A stretch of DNA of 64,000 nt, from assembly GCA_050273025.1 (NCBI GenBank), contig CP158635.1:28830001-28894000 (forward strand), written 5' to 3'. Position numbers and translations under genes: made by a program. Positions 13,301-24,616 of this stretch are shown here, piece after piece (position 1 is the stretch's first letter; every line of letters starts with the position of its first letter). Source of the stretch: Cenococcum geophilum. Taxonomy: Eukaryota. The notes under the pieces are model-generated. The model worked only from the letters and a program-made list of their open reading frames with translations, made no database searches and was not told where the DNA came from.

Positions 13301-15221
13301 TAATATACGGCAGTACTTTTTTAGTTTATAGGGTTTTAAGAGAGACGACCTAGGTATAGCGTATAGCGTCGTCTAGGGCTAGTAGGTAGTAGTTATAGCC
13401 TCTAATTAATATACTAATTCGTCCCGTGGTATTAAGATATAGCCCTTAACTAGGTATCTTTTTATACTTAGTCGTCTTCTTACTTAGTATTTCTCGCATC
13501 TTCCTAGTTAGACAAGCTTCGCACGTGCTCTTACTAACTAGTACTACTCTCTTCCTAAGCTATATTCCTAGTAAGGAGTGCTATAGCTTAAACAGGTCGC
13601 TGTAGTTCGTATATCCAGTTTGGCGATGCTATAGTTCAGCATCCGTTTTATTAACGTTTAGTTATAAATTATATACTTCTGCTGTCGCATTAAGTGCTTC
13701 CTAATGCTCTTATAACACGTAGAGGTTATTCCTTATAGTGGCCTTAAACGTTATACCTAATTTATACTTGCCAGTAGCTTAATCGTCTAGGTTAAATATA
13801 ATTAAGTAGCCTTCCTAAGTAAGAGTCCTTACTAAGATTAGCTTAATTGTCTTAAACGAAGGTATAAGCCAGACGTCTTTTAGCCTTAGGCTACGAATTT
13901 AAACTTAGCTATAGCCTATAGCAGGGATAACAATCCTATTCGCAGTATGGACCTATTAAGGTGTATTCCATCTCTTTAAGTATACTAGGTCTAATTAGTT
14001 ACTAGTAAAGTACTTAGTTGCTTCTAAGTTAAGAGCCTAAGCTAGTAATATCATTATAAGCATAGCATATTTAGGGTTAGGGTTAAGGTAAATTAAATCG
14101 CTGTTAAATTCTTCCTTAGCTATTGCTATATTCCCTACTTCCTCTACCTTAAAAACACCTTAATCTCTCTTTTTAGCGTTATTAAATCAGAATTATTTAA
14201 GCAGGGGATAGTCTTTCTGGTAATGACCTTTTTAATAATATACTTGACACTCGTCTCTTTCTAGTCGTCTTAGCTCTTTACTAACTCGAGATAATGAGCT
14301 ATGTCGTAAGGAATAATCGAATCTACTAGCACAACCTCTGCCCCTTACTCGACCTCGGTTTCCCCTTCTCCCCCTAGGTTTATCTTTCCTCTTATATATA
14401 AGTGCAGTAGTCTATATAGGGAGAGCAGTCTCTTACTCCTAAAGAAGGGTAATACAACTCTTAAGGTCTCGTTTATCTCGTAGACACTAGGTCTTCGCAT
14501 TCTACCATATAACGTCGCTTAGTAGAGCTAGAAGGAGTTACTCTTTAATATTATTATTGGTAAGTGCTCAAGATATAGAGGCTAGATTAATCTTAAATCA
14601 ATTTAGTATATGGATAAACTCAACAATTCGCATCTTTATAGGGTCGAAAGTAGTACTATAGAACTCCCTGCAAAGTCTAGAGATGTAAACCTCGTTATTA
14701 GCCTTATTAAACTTCTTTATTCCTTCCCACATTCCCTAAATATTATACTCCTTTATTATTATACACATCTTTTCCTAACGGTCGTCTCCTATAGAGTTAA
14801 AGATAATCTTATTCGCTTCCCCCCTTCTTCTTCTCCTATTAGCTAAATTAACTCGAGCTAGGTCCTCTATACCAGTAATAAAATCCCATCCTTCTGCTAT
14901 AATTAGGGCTGCCTTGTAGGTGCGCTCCCAATCTACGAAGTTATCTCTATTAAAGATGGCGATTTTACCGGCCTTATAATCGTATATAGGCGCCGTTAAG
15001 GTCGAGGTAGATAAGGTCATTTTAGGGGTTAATTTTCAAGTCAGGAGAGGTGTTGCTACCCAGGCTTATAACCTATTGGAATTACAAGGTTATGGGGTTA
15101 TAATAGAGGTATTTTAAGGGTCTAATTAATAATAAAGATGACGCAGACGATAAATATTAATTGATTCGTAATGTAGTAAATACGGTTGTCTATATAGATT
15201 GTATGCAGACTTCGTCCTTAT
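10374..15221 (-). mobile_element. Ty1/Copia element B; 3' LTR 10374-10568 complete, 5' LTR 15074-15221 cut by LTR C
   Basis: LTR ends TGTTAGAAT...ATTCTAACA, PPT GGGGAG on the minus strand, GGTTATAAGCC next to the 5' LTR. Gag start at 15020 (ORF-track remnant ..FNRDNFVDWERT..GWDFITG); PR WALDSGAT ~14030; RT TAFLNP. Confidence 0.92.
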
Positions 15222-15572
15222 TGTCTCGTTCCCAGACCTTCTTGCCAAGGCTTACCTTGCCAAGCCGCTAGCCGCTTTTAGCAAGACCTTTGTTAGAAGG
15301 TCTGGTACACGGTTCGGATTTTTATTAGTCCCGCGCGGGGTATTTAGGCCTATATACACCTACTTTAAGCCAAATTGTCTTAACTTTTATAGCTCCCTAA
15401 GCTATTCCTAATGGCTAGAATTACCAAATTAAACCTGGCGAAGAAGACTACGTTACCCGATTTGCCCGATTCTAATTCGTTATCTCGTCGTCGCGCCCGA
15501 CGCCCCCAAGTCGTAGCAGCCGCACCTTTCCCATAACTTCTTCCTACCGCAGCCAGAGTACCCAAACCGACA
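15222..15572. mobile_element. Complete 351-bp LTR of family C without a matching TSD
   Basis: Ends TGTC...GACA; flanks are CTTAT and AGCTA; second copy at 4537. Confidence 0.8.
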
Positions 15573-15634
15573 AGCTAGCTTTAAATAATAACTAAGGACT
15601 ACTAGTAGGTATAGATTTGCTTTATAAAAGGGGG

Positions 15635-16000
15635 TAAGCTTTAGGTAAAGCCTCGCGTAGAGCTTTAGGTAAAGCCTCGCGCAGAGCTTTAATAAAGCCT
15701 TATATAGAGCTTTAGTAGAGGCTTACACAGAGCCCTACGCAGAGCTCCGCGTAGAGCTTCGTGTAGAGCTTCTGTAGAGCTTCGTGTAGAGCTTCGTACA
15801 GAGCTTCGTGCAGAGCCTCGTATAGAGCTTTGTGCAGAGCTTCGTATAGAGCTTCGTGCAAAGCCTTGTGCAGAGCTTCGAGCAGAGCCTTGTGCAGAGC
15901 TTTAAGGAGCTTTAAGTAGAGCTTTAAGCAGAGCTTCGAGTAGAGCTTTAAGTAGAGCTTCGAGCGGAGCTTTGTGTAGAGCCTTATATAGAGCTTTATA
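15635..16000 (+). repeat. 12-bp minisatellite, consensus GCAGAGCTTCG(T/A)
   Basis: About 30 degenerate tandem units are directly visible. Confidence 0.95.
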
Positions 16001-16049
16001 TAAATATATAGGCGTATAGATATATATTTTTATACTAGTAATTAATTAT

Positions 16050-17143
16050 AGAATTTATAAAAATAATTATATAGGAAATTATATAGATATTTATTAATTT
16101 ATTTATAGTAAGGCTAATAATACTATACGGCTCCTAGATCTAGGGCCTAGGACTAGGTAGTAAGGTATTAATAAAAAGCTCCTTAGCGCTATTAGCTAAG
16201 CTATAAAACTAGTACCTATATAGAACTATAGGGTTTTATAAGAGAACACTACGCGCTATACTAAAATATAAAGTAGTAGTTCTACTAGTAGACTTATATA
16301 TTAATATAACTACTATATAGAGAATAGTTATAGTATAAGGCTACTTAGTAAAAGAAAATATATACTAAATACTAAAACGTATATAAGGATTAAGGGCCCC
16401 TTAAAAAGGCAATACGCCTAAGTATACTAGCTAGGAAGCCCTCTACCTATAGGTAGTAAATAAAGAAAAGAAAATATAGAAATTATTAGCTTACTAGGTA
16501 GAGACCTAGCGCTGTACTAGTAGAGTACTACTATAGTAATAGAGGATAAGAGGCTATTAGTATAGATAGAGATCTACTATACTTATTACAAAATAGGTAG
16601 ACCTTAAATAGAAGCGATAATATAAGGAGGTAGTAAAAATATAAGACGTAGCTATATAGAATACCCTATAGTTAATACTAATACTCCTCCTATATAAAGG
16701 ACTAATAAAGGTAAAATCTATATCCGCCTTCCTACTATAGATAGAGATTTTAAGCCTAAATATATAGCTAGTAAGTATCTATATTTTAAATACTATACCT
16801 TAATATACTTATAGATAGCCTATTTAGTTAGTATACTATATATTACTTTTCTATAGCTACTACTTAGTAAGGTACTAGCTATTTACTAGTATAGGTATAA
16901 ATAATATTACTTATACTCTCTATAAGTAGGGGCCTATAAGTAGTATTAATATAGCTTATAGGCTAAAGAGTTTTTTAGTAGTTCTAAATAGTATATAAGA
17001 TCTAATAGGAGGACACTAAAGGATATACACCTTTTAGCCCCTTAGAGACTAAATACCGCTACCTAGCTGTAGATAGTACGCTAATAGATTACTAGATACT
17101 CCTACTACCCCCCCTAAATCTTTTAATATACCTAAAAAGTATA
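16050..17143 (+). mobile_element. Tad1-like LINE family X, 3' ORF2 fragment lacking its tail
   Basis: De-RIP QCLxRTMGxYxRTPRAxLExEAAVPP..DLYID (post-RT region); homologous to 21190-22510. Confidence 0.85.
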
Positions 17144-20100
17144 GTATATTAGAAGATTTAGGGGGGGGGGGTAGTAGAAGTATCTAGTAATTCGCTAGTA
17201 TACTACCTACAGCTAGGTAGGGATATTTAGTCTTTAAGGGGCTAGAAAAAGGAGTACCCTTTAGTATCCTCCTATTAGATCTTATATACTATTTAGAACT
17301 ATTAAAGAACTTCTTAACCTATAAGCTATCTTATTACTACCTATAGGCCTCTACTTATAGAGAGTATTTAGGTAATATTGTTTATACCTATACTAATAAG
17401 TAGCTAGTCCCTTAATAAGCGGTAACTGTAGAATAGTAATATATAGCGTACTAACTAAATAGGCCACCCATATATATATTAAGGTAAGGTATTTAAATAT
17501 AGATACTTACTAGCTATATTTAGGCCTAAAACCTCTATCTATAGTAGAAAGGCAACTATAGATTTTACCTTTATTAGTATTAACTATAGTGTTCTTTATA
17601 GCTGCGTCTTATATTTTCGCTACCTCCTTCTATTATCGCTTCTATTTAAGATCTGCCTATCTTATAATTAGTGTAGTAGATTTCTATCTATATTAGTAAC
17701 CTTTTATCCTCTATTACCATTATAGCGCTCTACTAGTATAGTGTTAGGTCTCCGCCTAGTAAGCTAATAATTTCTATATCTCCTTTTCTCTCTTTACTAC
17801 TTATAGGTAGTAGGCTTTCTAGCTAGTATATTTAGGCGTATTACCTCTTTAAGGACTATTGCTTCTTATATATATATTCTTCTATTAGGTAGCCTTATAC
17901 TATAACTACTCTTTATATAGTAGTTAAGTTACTATATAAGTCTAATAGTAGAACTACTACTTCGCGTTCTAATATAGCGCGTAGTATTCTTCTATAGGCC
18001 GCTATAGTTCTATATAGGTACTAGTTTTATAGCTTAGCTAGTAGCACTAGGGAGCTTTTTACTAGTACCTTACCGCCTAGTCCTAAGCCCTAGATTTAGA
18101 AGCCGTATAGCATTATTAGCCTTACTACTACTATATATAGTAGGCGTATATATTTAAAAGAGGGTCCTTATATTAAAGTAGTAATTTATAATACTACTAA
18201 AAATACTACTACTTCTCTATAAGTCGCCTATATAATATACTTGTTTTAGTTTAACCTAGAGTCTATTTAAACCCCTAGGACCTTAAGGGTAGCTTCTAGT
18301 TTTACTTCGCAGCTCTAGATATTTACTATTAAGGCTAGGTCGTTACTTACCCTTTTTTTCCCTTATAAAGTAGATAAACTAGTAATTATCTAGTACGAAT
18401 TTAGCGCTATATTGTTTTGCCTATATAACGTACCTATTATATGCCTAGTTTAGCCTAGTATAGTTTTCTACTACTATATTTCCCTATATAATTAGGTTTA
18501 TATTATCTATAAATTCTAAGACTATTATATCCTAGGTATTACTATTATTATTATTTATTTATTCTATTTATTACCTAATTTAGTCCCTTTACTAGGTCTA
18601 TATAGGCTTCTACCTTCTATTTATAGAAAAAATCCCTAATAAGGGAAAAACCTAGGTGTATTCTTTTAGCTAGTCTTACGCACTCTACTTACGCCTAGCC
18701 TATTTACCTTTATAATATACTTTTAAGGTATCTTAGAAGGTCTAGGGGGTAGTAGGAGGGTATAGTAAGTCGCCTATAAGCCGCCTTTAGCTTAATAGGG
18801 TTGTTTAGTCCCTAAGGGGCTAAAAAGGGGCGTATCCCCCTATGTCCTCCTATTAGATCTTATACACTATCTAGAACTACTAAAGGACTTCTTAACCTAT
18901 AAACTATTATACTGTTTTATATAGGCCCCTACTTATAAATAGTATTTAGGTAATATTATTTATGCCTACTATAGTAAATAGCTAGTCTTTTACTATATAG
19001 TAGTTATAGAAGAGTATTATATAGCGTACTAACTATATAGGCTATTTATACGTATAGTATAGTATAGTATTTAGGATATAGATGCTTGCTAGATATACGT
19101 TTAGTTTTAAGACCTCTATCTATAGTAAAAAGGCGACTTTAAATTCTGCCTTTATCTATCCTTTATATAGGGAGAAAGTTAATATTATTTATAGGGTGCT
19201 CCACGTAGTTCCTCTCTACGCTTTTACCGCCTTCTTTTAGCATTATTTCTACTTAATATCTACCTATCTTGCGATATATATAGTAGATCTCCACTTATAC
19301 CAGTGGCCCCATATCCTCTATTATTATAGTGCTCTACTAGCATAGCGCTAAGTGTTATAGTAGCTCTTATATTTCCTATTCTCTTTCTACCACTTATAGA
19401 TAGAGGGCTTTTTAACTTATAAGCTTAGGCGTAATGCTTCTTTATAGGGCCCTTACTCCTTATATACGCTCTACTATTTAGTGTATCTCCTTTTCTACTA
19501 GGTGGCCTTATACTATAGATGCCCTCTATATAGCAGTTGCTTCTATATATACGTCTAGTAGCAGTATTACTACTTTACGTTCTATTACGGTATATAGTGT
19601 CCTTTTATAGGCCCCTATAATTCTATATAGCTATTATCCTAGCTATTATTATATATCTTTAGTAGTTTAGATATAAAGAAAATAATTAGAAATAGAAATA
19701 GGGGTAATCCCTATATAATACCTATAGGTATTAGTATTAATTCGCTTTTATAGCCCTTAATTATAAATTTTATAGTACGCCCTATTAGAAAGGCTTAGAT
19801 AAACTTAATTATCTAGTTTAGTAGGCCTTTATTTCTTAGGATTTATAGAAGTCTCTTATATAATATATTATTAAATATTCCGCTTAGGTCTAGGCTTAGT
19901 ATAGATATAATATATTCTAGGTAAGCTTACTATACCGCTTAAATATTAGAGGTAATTCGGAAGAGGGCTAAAAGGGTTAATCTTTTCTTTTTTACGCCTA
20001 TTTATATCTATAGTAGTAGCTTTTATACTTCTACCGCTTCTTATATACGTTTTATAACTATCTTTTTTAAGAGCCTTTTTAGGGTTAGTAGCTTTCTAAA

Positions 20101-20865
20101 ATAGAGTAGTCTTTTTTTATACCTTTTATAAGACGACTATAGTTATTACTTTAAAGTATTTAGGTAGTTTGCCTCTCTAAAGGTAGGTAGTTACGACGTT
20201 AGCGAATAGTATTACTACCGCTTTTACTACGGCTTTAATTGCCTTATTTAGGGTCTTATTTAGCCTTAACGCTTTACTAGTAGGGAGCTTTTATATAGCG
20301 TCCTTTATTTCTTTTACTAATATTATATAGGTCTGTTTAGCCCGCGTATAGAAAGAACTTTTACTAATATTTTAATATTTTCCTCGTTATTATTTATATA
20401 CTAGTCCTATTCTATCTAGTAAAGTATAAGTAGGTAAAAGTCCCCTAGCGTCTCTTTAGCAGCTCGCCTACTTTACTTTAATATATACTAGAGTCCCTTA
20501 TTATATAGTTTAGTAGGGTTTAAGGTAATTTCTTCTAGAAATTAGCGCTAGCTATTTCTACTCTCCTTTTATATTATCTTCTTAGGCCTATTCTTTAGGG
20601 CCTTATAGCTCTATTAGTAGTAGGCTTTATTTATTACGCTATACTATTACCTTGCCCTTTTTGCGCCTATAAGTAGTTAGGCCGTTTCTAGTGACTTTTT
20701 ACGGTAGGCGTATTTTTTAGGCTAGGCCTTTAGGTAGTATTCTTTTAAGTAGTTACTTATAATCCTTTAGATATTCTCTAGTAATACCTAAGGTATAGCT
20801 ACTAGCCTATTAGTAACTTCCTAGGTATACTTTTTTAATTAAATTTCTTAGTAACATATCTTTAG
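17144..20865 (-). mobile_element. LINE family X copy (EN-RT linker, RT, C-terminus), truncated at both ends and interrupted at 18544-19634
   Basis: Minus-strand de-RIP motifs KAPGPD..PNE, SYRP, QMGAR, LDLSGAFDNV, PQGSPLS (to ~19700), then GFVDDTNL (~18500) and KFAPD.YQLIHF. Confidence 0.88.
18544..19634 (-). mobile_element. 5'-truncated LINE of a sister subfamily (X') nested in LINE X
   Basis: (AAT)n-like tail at ~18544-18560. ~16-bp TSD: TATCCTAGGTATTACT (18528-43) and TATCCTAGCTATTATT (19635-50). Confidence 0.8.
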
Positions 20866-21750
20866 CGGGTTTATTACGCTAGTATAGCGACATTAAGCGT
20901 TATCCATATAGGTATATAGTCTAAGATAATTACTAGCTTATCTACTTTATAAGGAAAAGAAGGGTAAGTAGTAACCTAGCCTTAATAGTAAATATCTAAG
21001 GCTATAAAGTAAAACTAGAAGCTACCCTTAAGGTCCTAGGGGCTTAGGTAGACTCTAGGTTAAACTAGAATAAGTATATTATATAGACTACTTATAAGGG
21101 AGGAGTAGTACTTTTAGCAGTATTATAAATAACTACCTTAATATAAGGACCCTCTTTTAAATATATATGCCTACTATATATAGTAGTAATAAGGTTAATA
21201 ATACTATACAGCTCCTAGATTAAGGGCCTAAGACTAGATAGTAAGGTACTAATAAAAAGCTCTTTAGCGCTACTAACTAAGCTATAAAACTAGTGCCTAT
21301 ATAGAACTATAGGGGCCTATAGAAGAATACTACGCGCTATACTAGAACGTAAAGTAGTAGTTCTACTACTAGACTTATATATTAACTTAACTACTATATA
21401 GAGAGCAGTTATAGTATAAGGCTACCTAGTAGAAGAAAATATATACTAAATACTAAAACGTATATAAGGAACAAGATATATATAAGAAGTAATAGCCCCT
21501 TAAAGAGGTAATATGTCTAAATATACTAGCTAGGAAGCCCTTTACCTATAAATAATAGAGAGAAAAGGAAATATAGGAAATATTATCTTATTAGATAAAG
21601 ACCTAGCGTTATACTAGTAGAGTACTATAATGGTAATAGAGGATAGGAGGTTACTAATATAGATAGAGATTTACTATACTAATTATAAGATAGGTAGATC
21701 TTAAATAGAAGGAGGTAGTAAAAATATAAGACGCAGCTATATAGAATACC

Positions 21751-21943
21751 TGTCTAAATAAGTTTGTACGAGAATTTATAGACGCAATTACGTAAGCTAA
21801 GCGAGCTTAGGAAACCCTTTAAATTCCTCCTATTTATATATAATTAAAAGAAAAAGTCACCACCATTTAAAAGAGTATACGATACTATACGTATTTCGTG
21901 CCCCTAGATATAACTTACTTATATTATTAAATTGATATAAACA
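21751..21943. mobile_element. Solo LTR, 193 bp
   Basis: TGT...ACA ends and 5-bp TSD ATACC; absent from the other LINE X copies. Confidence 0.9.
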
Positions 21944-22088
21944 ATACCCTATAGTTAATACTAACTCTTTTCTTATATAAAGGACTAACGAGGGTAAAAT
22001 CTATAGCCGTTTTTCTACTATAGATAAAGGTCCTAGGTCTAAATATATAGCTAATATCTATATTCTAAATATCTTACCTTAATATATA

Positions 22089-22155
22089 ATAATATTTATT
22101 TATTACTTAACGTCTAATTTAGATCCCTATTAGGCCTATATAGACTACTTTTTAG
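22089..22155 (-). mobile_element. 67-bp 3'-end stub of LINE family Y
   Basis: Reverse complement of the LINE Y 3' end (26991-27055); 15-bp TSD TTACCTTAATATATA at 22074-88 and 22156-70. Confidence 0.88.
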
Positions 22156-22732
22156 TTACCTTAATATATATACTAGTGGCCTATTTAGTTAGTATATTAT
22201 ATACTACTATTTTATAGCTACCGCTTAGTAAGGGACTAGCTACTTACTAGCGTAGGCATAAATAATATTGCTTAGATACTCTCTATAAGTAGGGGCTTAT
22301 AAATAGTAGTAAAATAGCTTATAGGCTAAGGAAATCTTTAGTAGTTTTAAATAGCATATAAGATCTAATAGGAGGACACTAAATAATACGCCCTATTCTA
22401 GCCCCTTAAGGACTAAATACCCCTGCCTAGCTATAGGCGGCTTACTAGCGAATTTCTAGACCCTTTTACTACTCCTTTTAGATTTTCTAATATATCTAGG
22501 AAGTATAGTATATAAGGTAGACTAGAAGATATAAAGATATACTAGCTAGGTAAAGGCGGAACAAATAGGACTAGCTAAAAGAAAATACTTAGGATTTTCC
22601 CCTTATAGGGCTTTTTCCTATATAGACCTAAAAGGGGACTAAATTGGGCAATAAATAGAATTAATAATAATAATTATATAGGTGGTTATATAGCTAATTA
22701 TAGAACCTTCGTAGTATATTAGTGCTGTGTTA

Positions 22733-23240
22733 GTAGAGCTTTAAAGCTCTATATAAGGTTTTAAGTAGAGCTTCGAGCAGAGCCTTGTGCAGAGCTTTGA
22801 GCAAAGCCTCGTATAGAGCTTTGAGCAGAGCTTTGTGCAGAGCTTTGAGCAAAGCCTCATATAGAGCTTCGAGCAGAACTTCGAGCAGAGCTTCGTGCAG
22901 AGCTTCGTGCAGAGCTTCAACCAGAGCTTCGACCACGGCTTCGACCAGAGCTTCGAGCGGAGCCTCGACCAGAGCTTCGAGCGGAGCCTCGACCAGAGCC
23001 TTAACCAGAGCCTTGACCAGAGCCTCGACCAGAGCCTCAAGCAGAGCTTCGGCCAGAGCTTCGACCAGAGCTTCGACTAGAGCTTCGACCAGAGCTTCGA
23101 CCGGAGCTTTAAGCAGAGCCTCGTGCAGAGCCTTGTGCAAAGCTTTATATAGAGTTTGTATTCGTGCAGGCGTTCGTGCAGATGTCGTGCAGGCTTCGTG
23201 CAGGCTTCGTGCAGGCTTTCGTGCAGGCGTTTATGCAGGC
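22733..23240 (+). repeat. 12-bp minisatellite (AGAGCTTCGACC / AGAGCTTCGTGC) grading into 11-12-bp GTGCAGGCTTC units
   Basis: About 35 tandem units plus a variant tail; the source of four overlapping low-complexity ORFs in the track. Confidence 0.95.
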
Positions 23241-23404
23241 AGCAGAAGAGCAATAAAGCAGGTAATAAGGCCCAGAGTTAGTCTAGATACAATACATTAG
23301 CTATTTAGGTATTTATCTACTATAAATATTAATATAGGAGGTTAAATATTAAGGATTGGTAATGGTTAATAGCTCTAGCTAAATATTTACTATTTTAGTG
23401 GTAA

Positions 23405-23716
23405 TATTTAAGGCAAAATGTAGCAGTAACCATAACGCCGTTTATAATAATTTTGGTAGCGTTAAAATTACCTTATAAAGCTCTAGAATATAACGTTGGC
23501 CAATTATCTATAAAGGCGTTAGTTTATTATTAATTAATAGTAGTAGAGTTTTAAGCAGAACTTTAAAGGGAAGATTCGCTTATTTAAGGTAAAATGTAGT
23601 AGTAACCACTAGGCCGTTCGCAATAATTTTAGCAGTATTAGAATCGCCCTATAAAGTTCTAAAACATAACATTAGCCGATTATTTATAAAGGCGTTAGTT
23701 CGTTGTTAATTAATAG
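23405..23716. repeat. ~135-bp direct repeat pair with a 176-bp period
   Basis: TATTTAAGG(C/T)AAAATGTAG...TTAATTAATAG at 23405-23540 and 23581-23716. Confidence 0.85.
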
Positions 23717-24616
23717 CTAAAAAATTTAGTATAGCGTGCGAGTTTATATAAGAATTATATATAAATTGGCGTAAGGGACTAATTAATTTCCGAACTGTGT
23801 ACCAGATAACAACAATATAAGATAATTAATCTGTTATATAAGCAGCTTATAATTAGTTGATTGTCTAGGACTAAGATAAGGATCGGCGCGTTTACTAGCG
23901 ACTTATTAAGCTAGATCTACCCCTTTTCTAGTAACTTATTAAGGTACTCCTGTAGGATCTTAAGCTCTTTATAAGAGAGGTTATAGATAAAAAGGTTTAG
24001 CGGTTATTTACCTTCTTTTAGATTAATTATATAATCGTACTCTAAGTTCTATAGTAAAACTTTAGCTCTCCTGCCTAAAAATACCCTTAGTAAGTCTCTT
24101 AGGCCTACTAGAATATTTAATAAATTAGGGTTATATTTATCCTCTATATTATTATTAGATAGGTCCTAAAGCTCCCTTAAGATACTTATAGGCAGTATTA
24201 TACGCTATAATAGTTGCTTATATATAGTTACCACTATATATTAAACCGTTATATATAGTAGCTAGTAGAGGGTAGGGAATTCTTTAACGCAACGTTTAAG
24301 GTATTAAAGTATACTTTCTACGTATTGCTTAAGCTAGAGTAACCTATAGCGGTTAAAGTATCTTATAAGATCTTTAAGATTACTACCTCCCTATAATATC
24401 TCCGTAACCTATTTAGTAGTTCCTTATAAGGTCTCCGTTATAAAGGGGTTATTACCTATACTAGGCTCTATACCTATCTTATTATTAAATAGGGGTTAGA
24501 TTTAATACTCCTTTAGGTATAGAGCGTATACTATTTTACCTAGGGCTATATTCTCTAAAATATCCTTTAGGCTTATTAGTAATATACGCCCTTCTAAATC
24601 TTTATTATTTTATTAT

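Larger units (their letters stand above)
20880..22675 (+). mobile_element. 5'-truncated LINE family X copy with 3' UTR and (AAT)n tail
   Basis: De-RIP YQLIHFTRKR, LRVLGAWVDSRLNW, TWGPSF, LYGSQIW; tail AATAATAATAAT at ~22663-22675. Confidence 0.88.

Noticed and set aside
14071..14088. Telomeric TTAGGG repeats
   Set aside because: Only 2-3 units, inside Copia B coding sequence.
4541..15565. Small ORF-track entries in LTR C and the Copia elements (also 26356, 57054 and 60600)
   Set aside because: Chance frames within RIP-mutated TE sequence; only 14775-15020 is a true remnant (Copia B gag start).
15635..16000. CRISPR-like array
   Set aside because: Contiguous 12-bp units with no unique spacers, no cas genes, and a eukaryotic context.
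19635..20880. Twin-priming 5' inversion of the LINE at 20880
   Set aside because: The minus-strand segment continues colinearly at 18527 once the TSD-flanked X' insert is removed, so it belongs to a separate LINE copy.
22730..23300. Overlapping ORFs (EALVEAL.., RASTRAS.., SRLWSKL.., DQSFDQS..)
   Set aside because: Open frames produced by a stop-poor 12-bp repeat; nearby 11-bp units break the frame and there is no gene structure.
4520..23895. G1 and G2 as one element split by a 19-kb nest (both break near APILF)
   Set aside because: No clean TSD, and the overlapping bases differ by substitutions and a 3-bp indel. Possible but unsupported.
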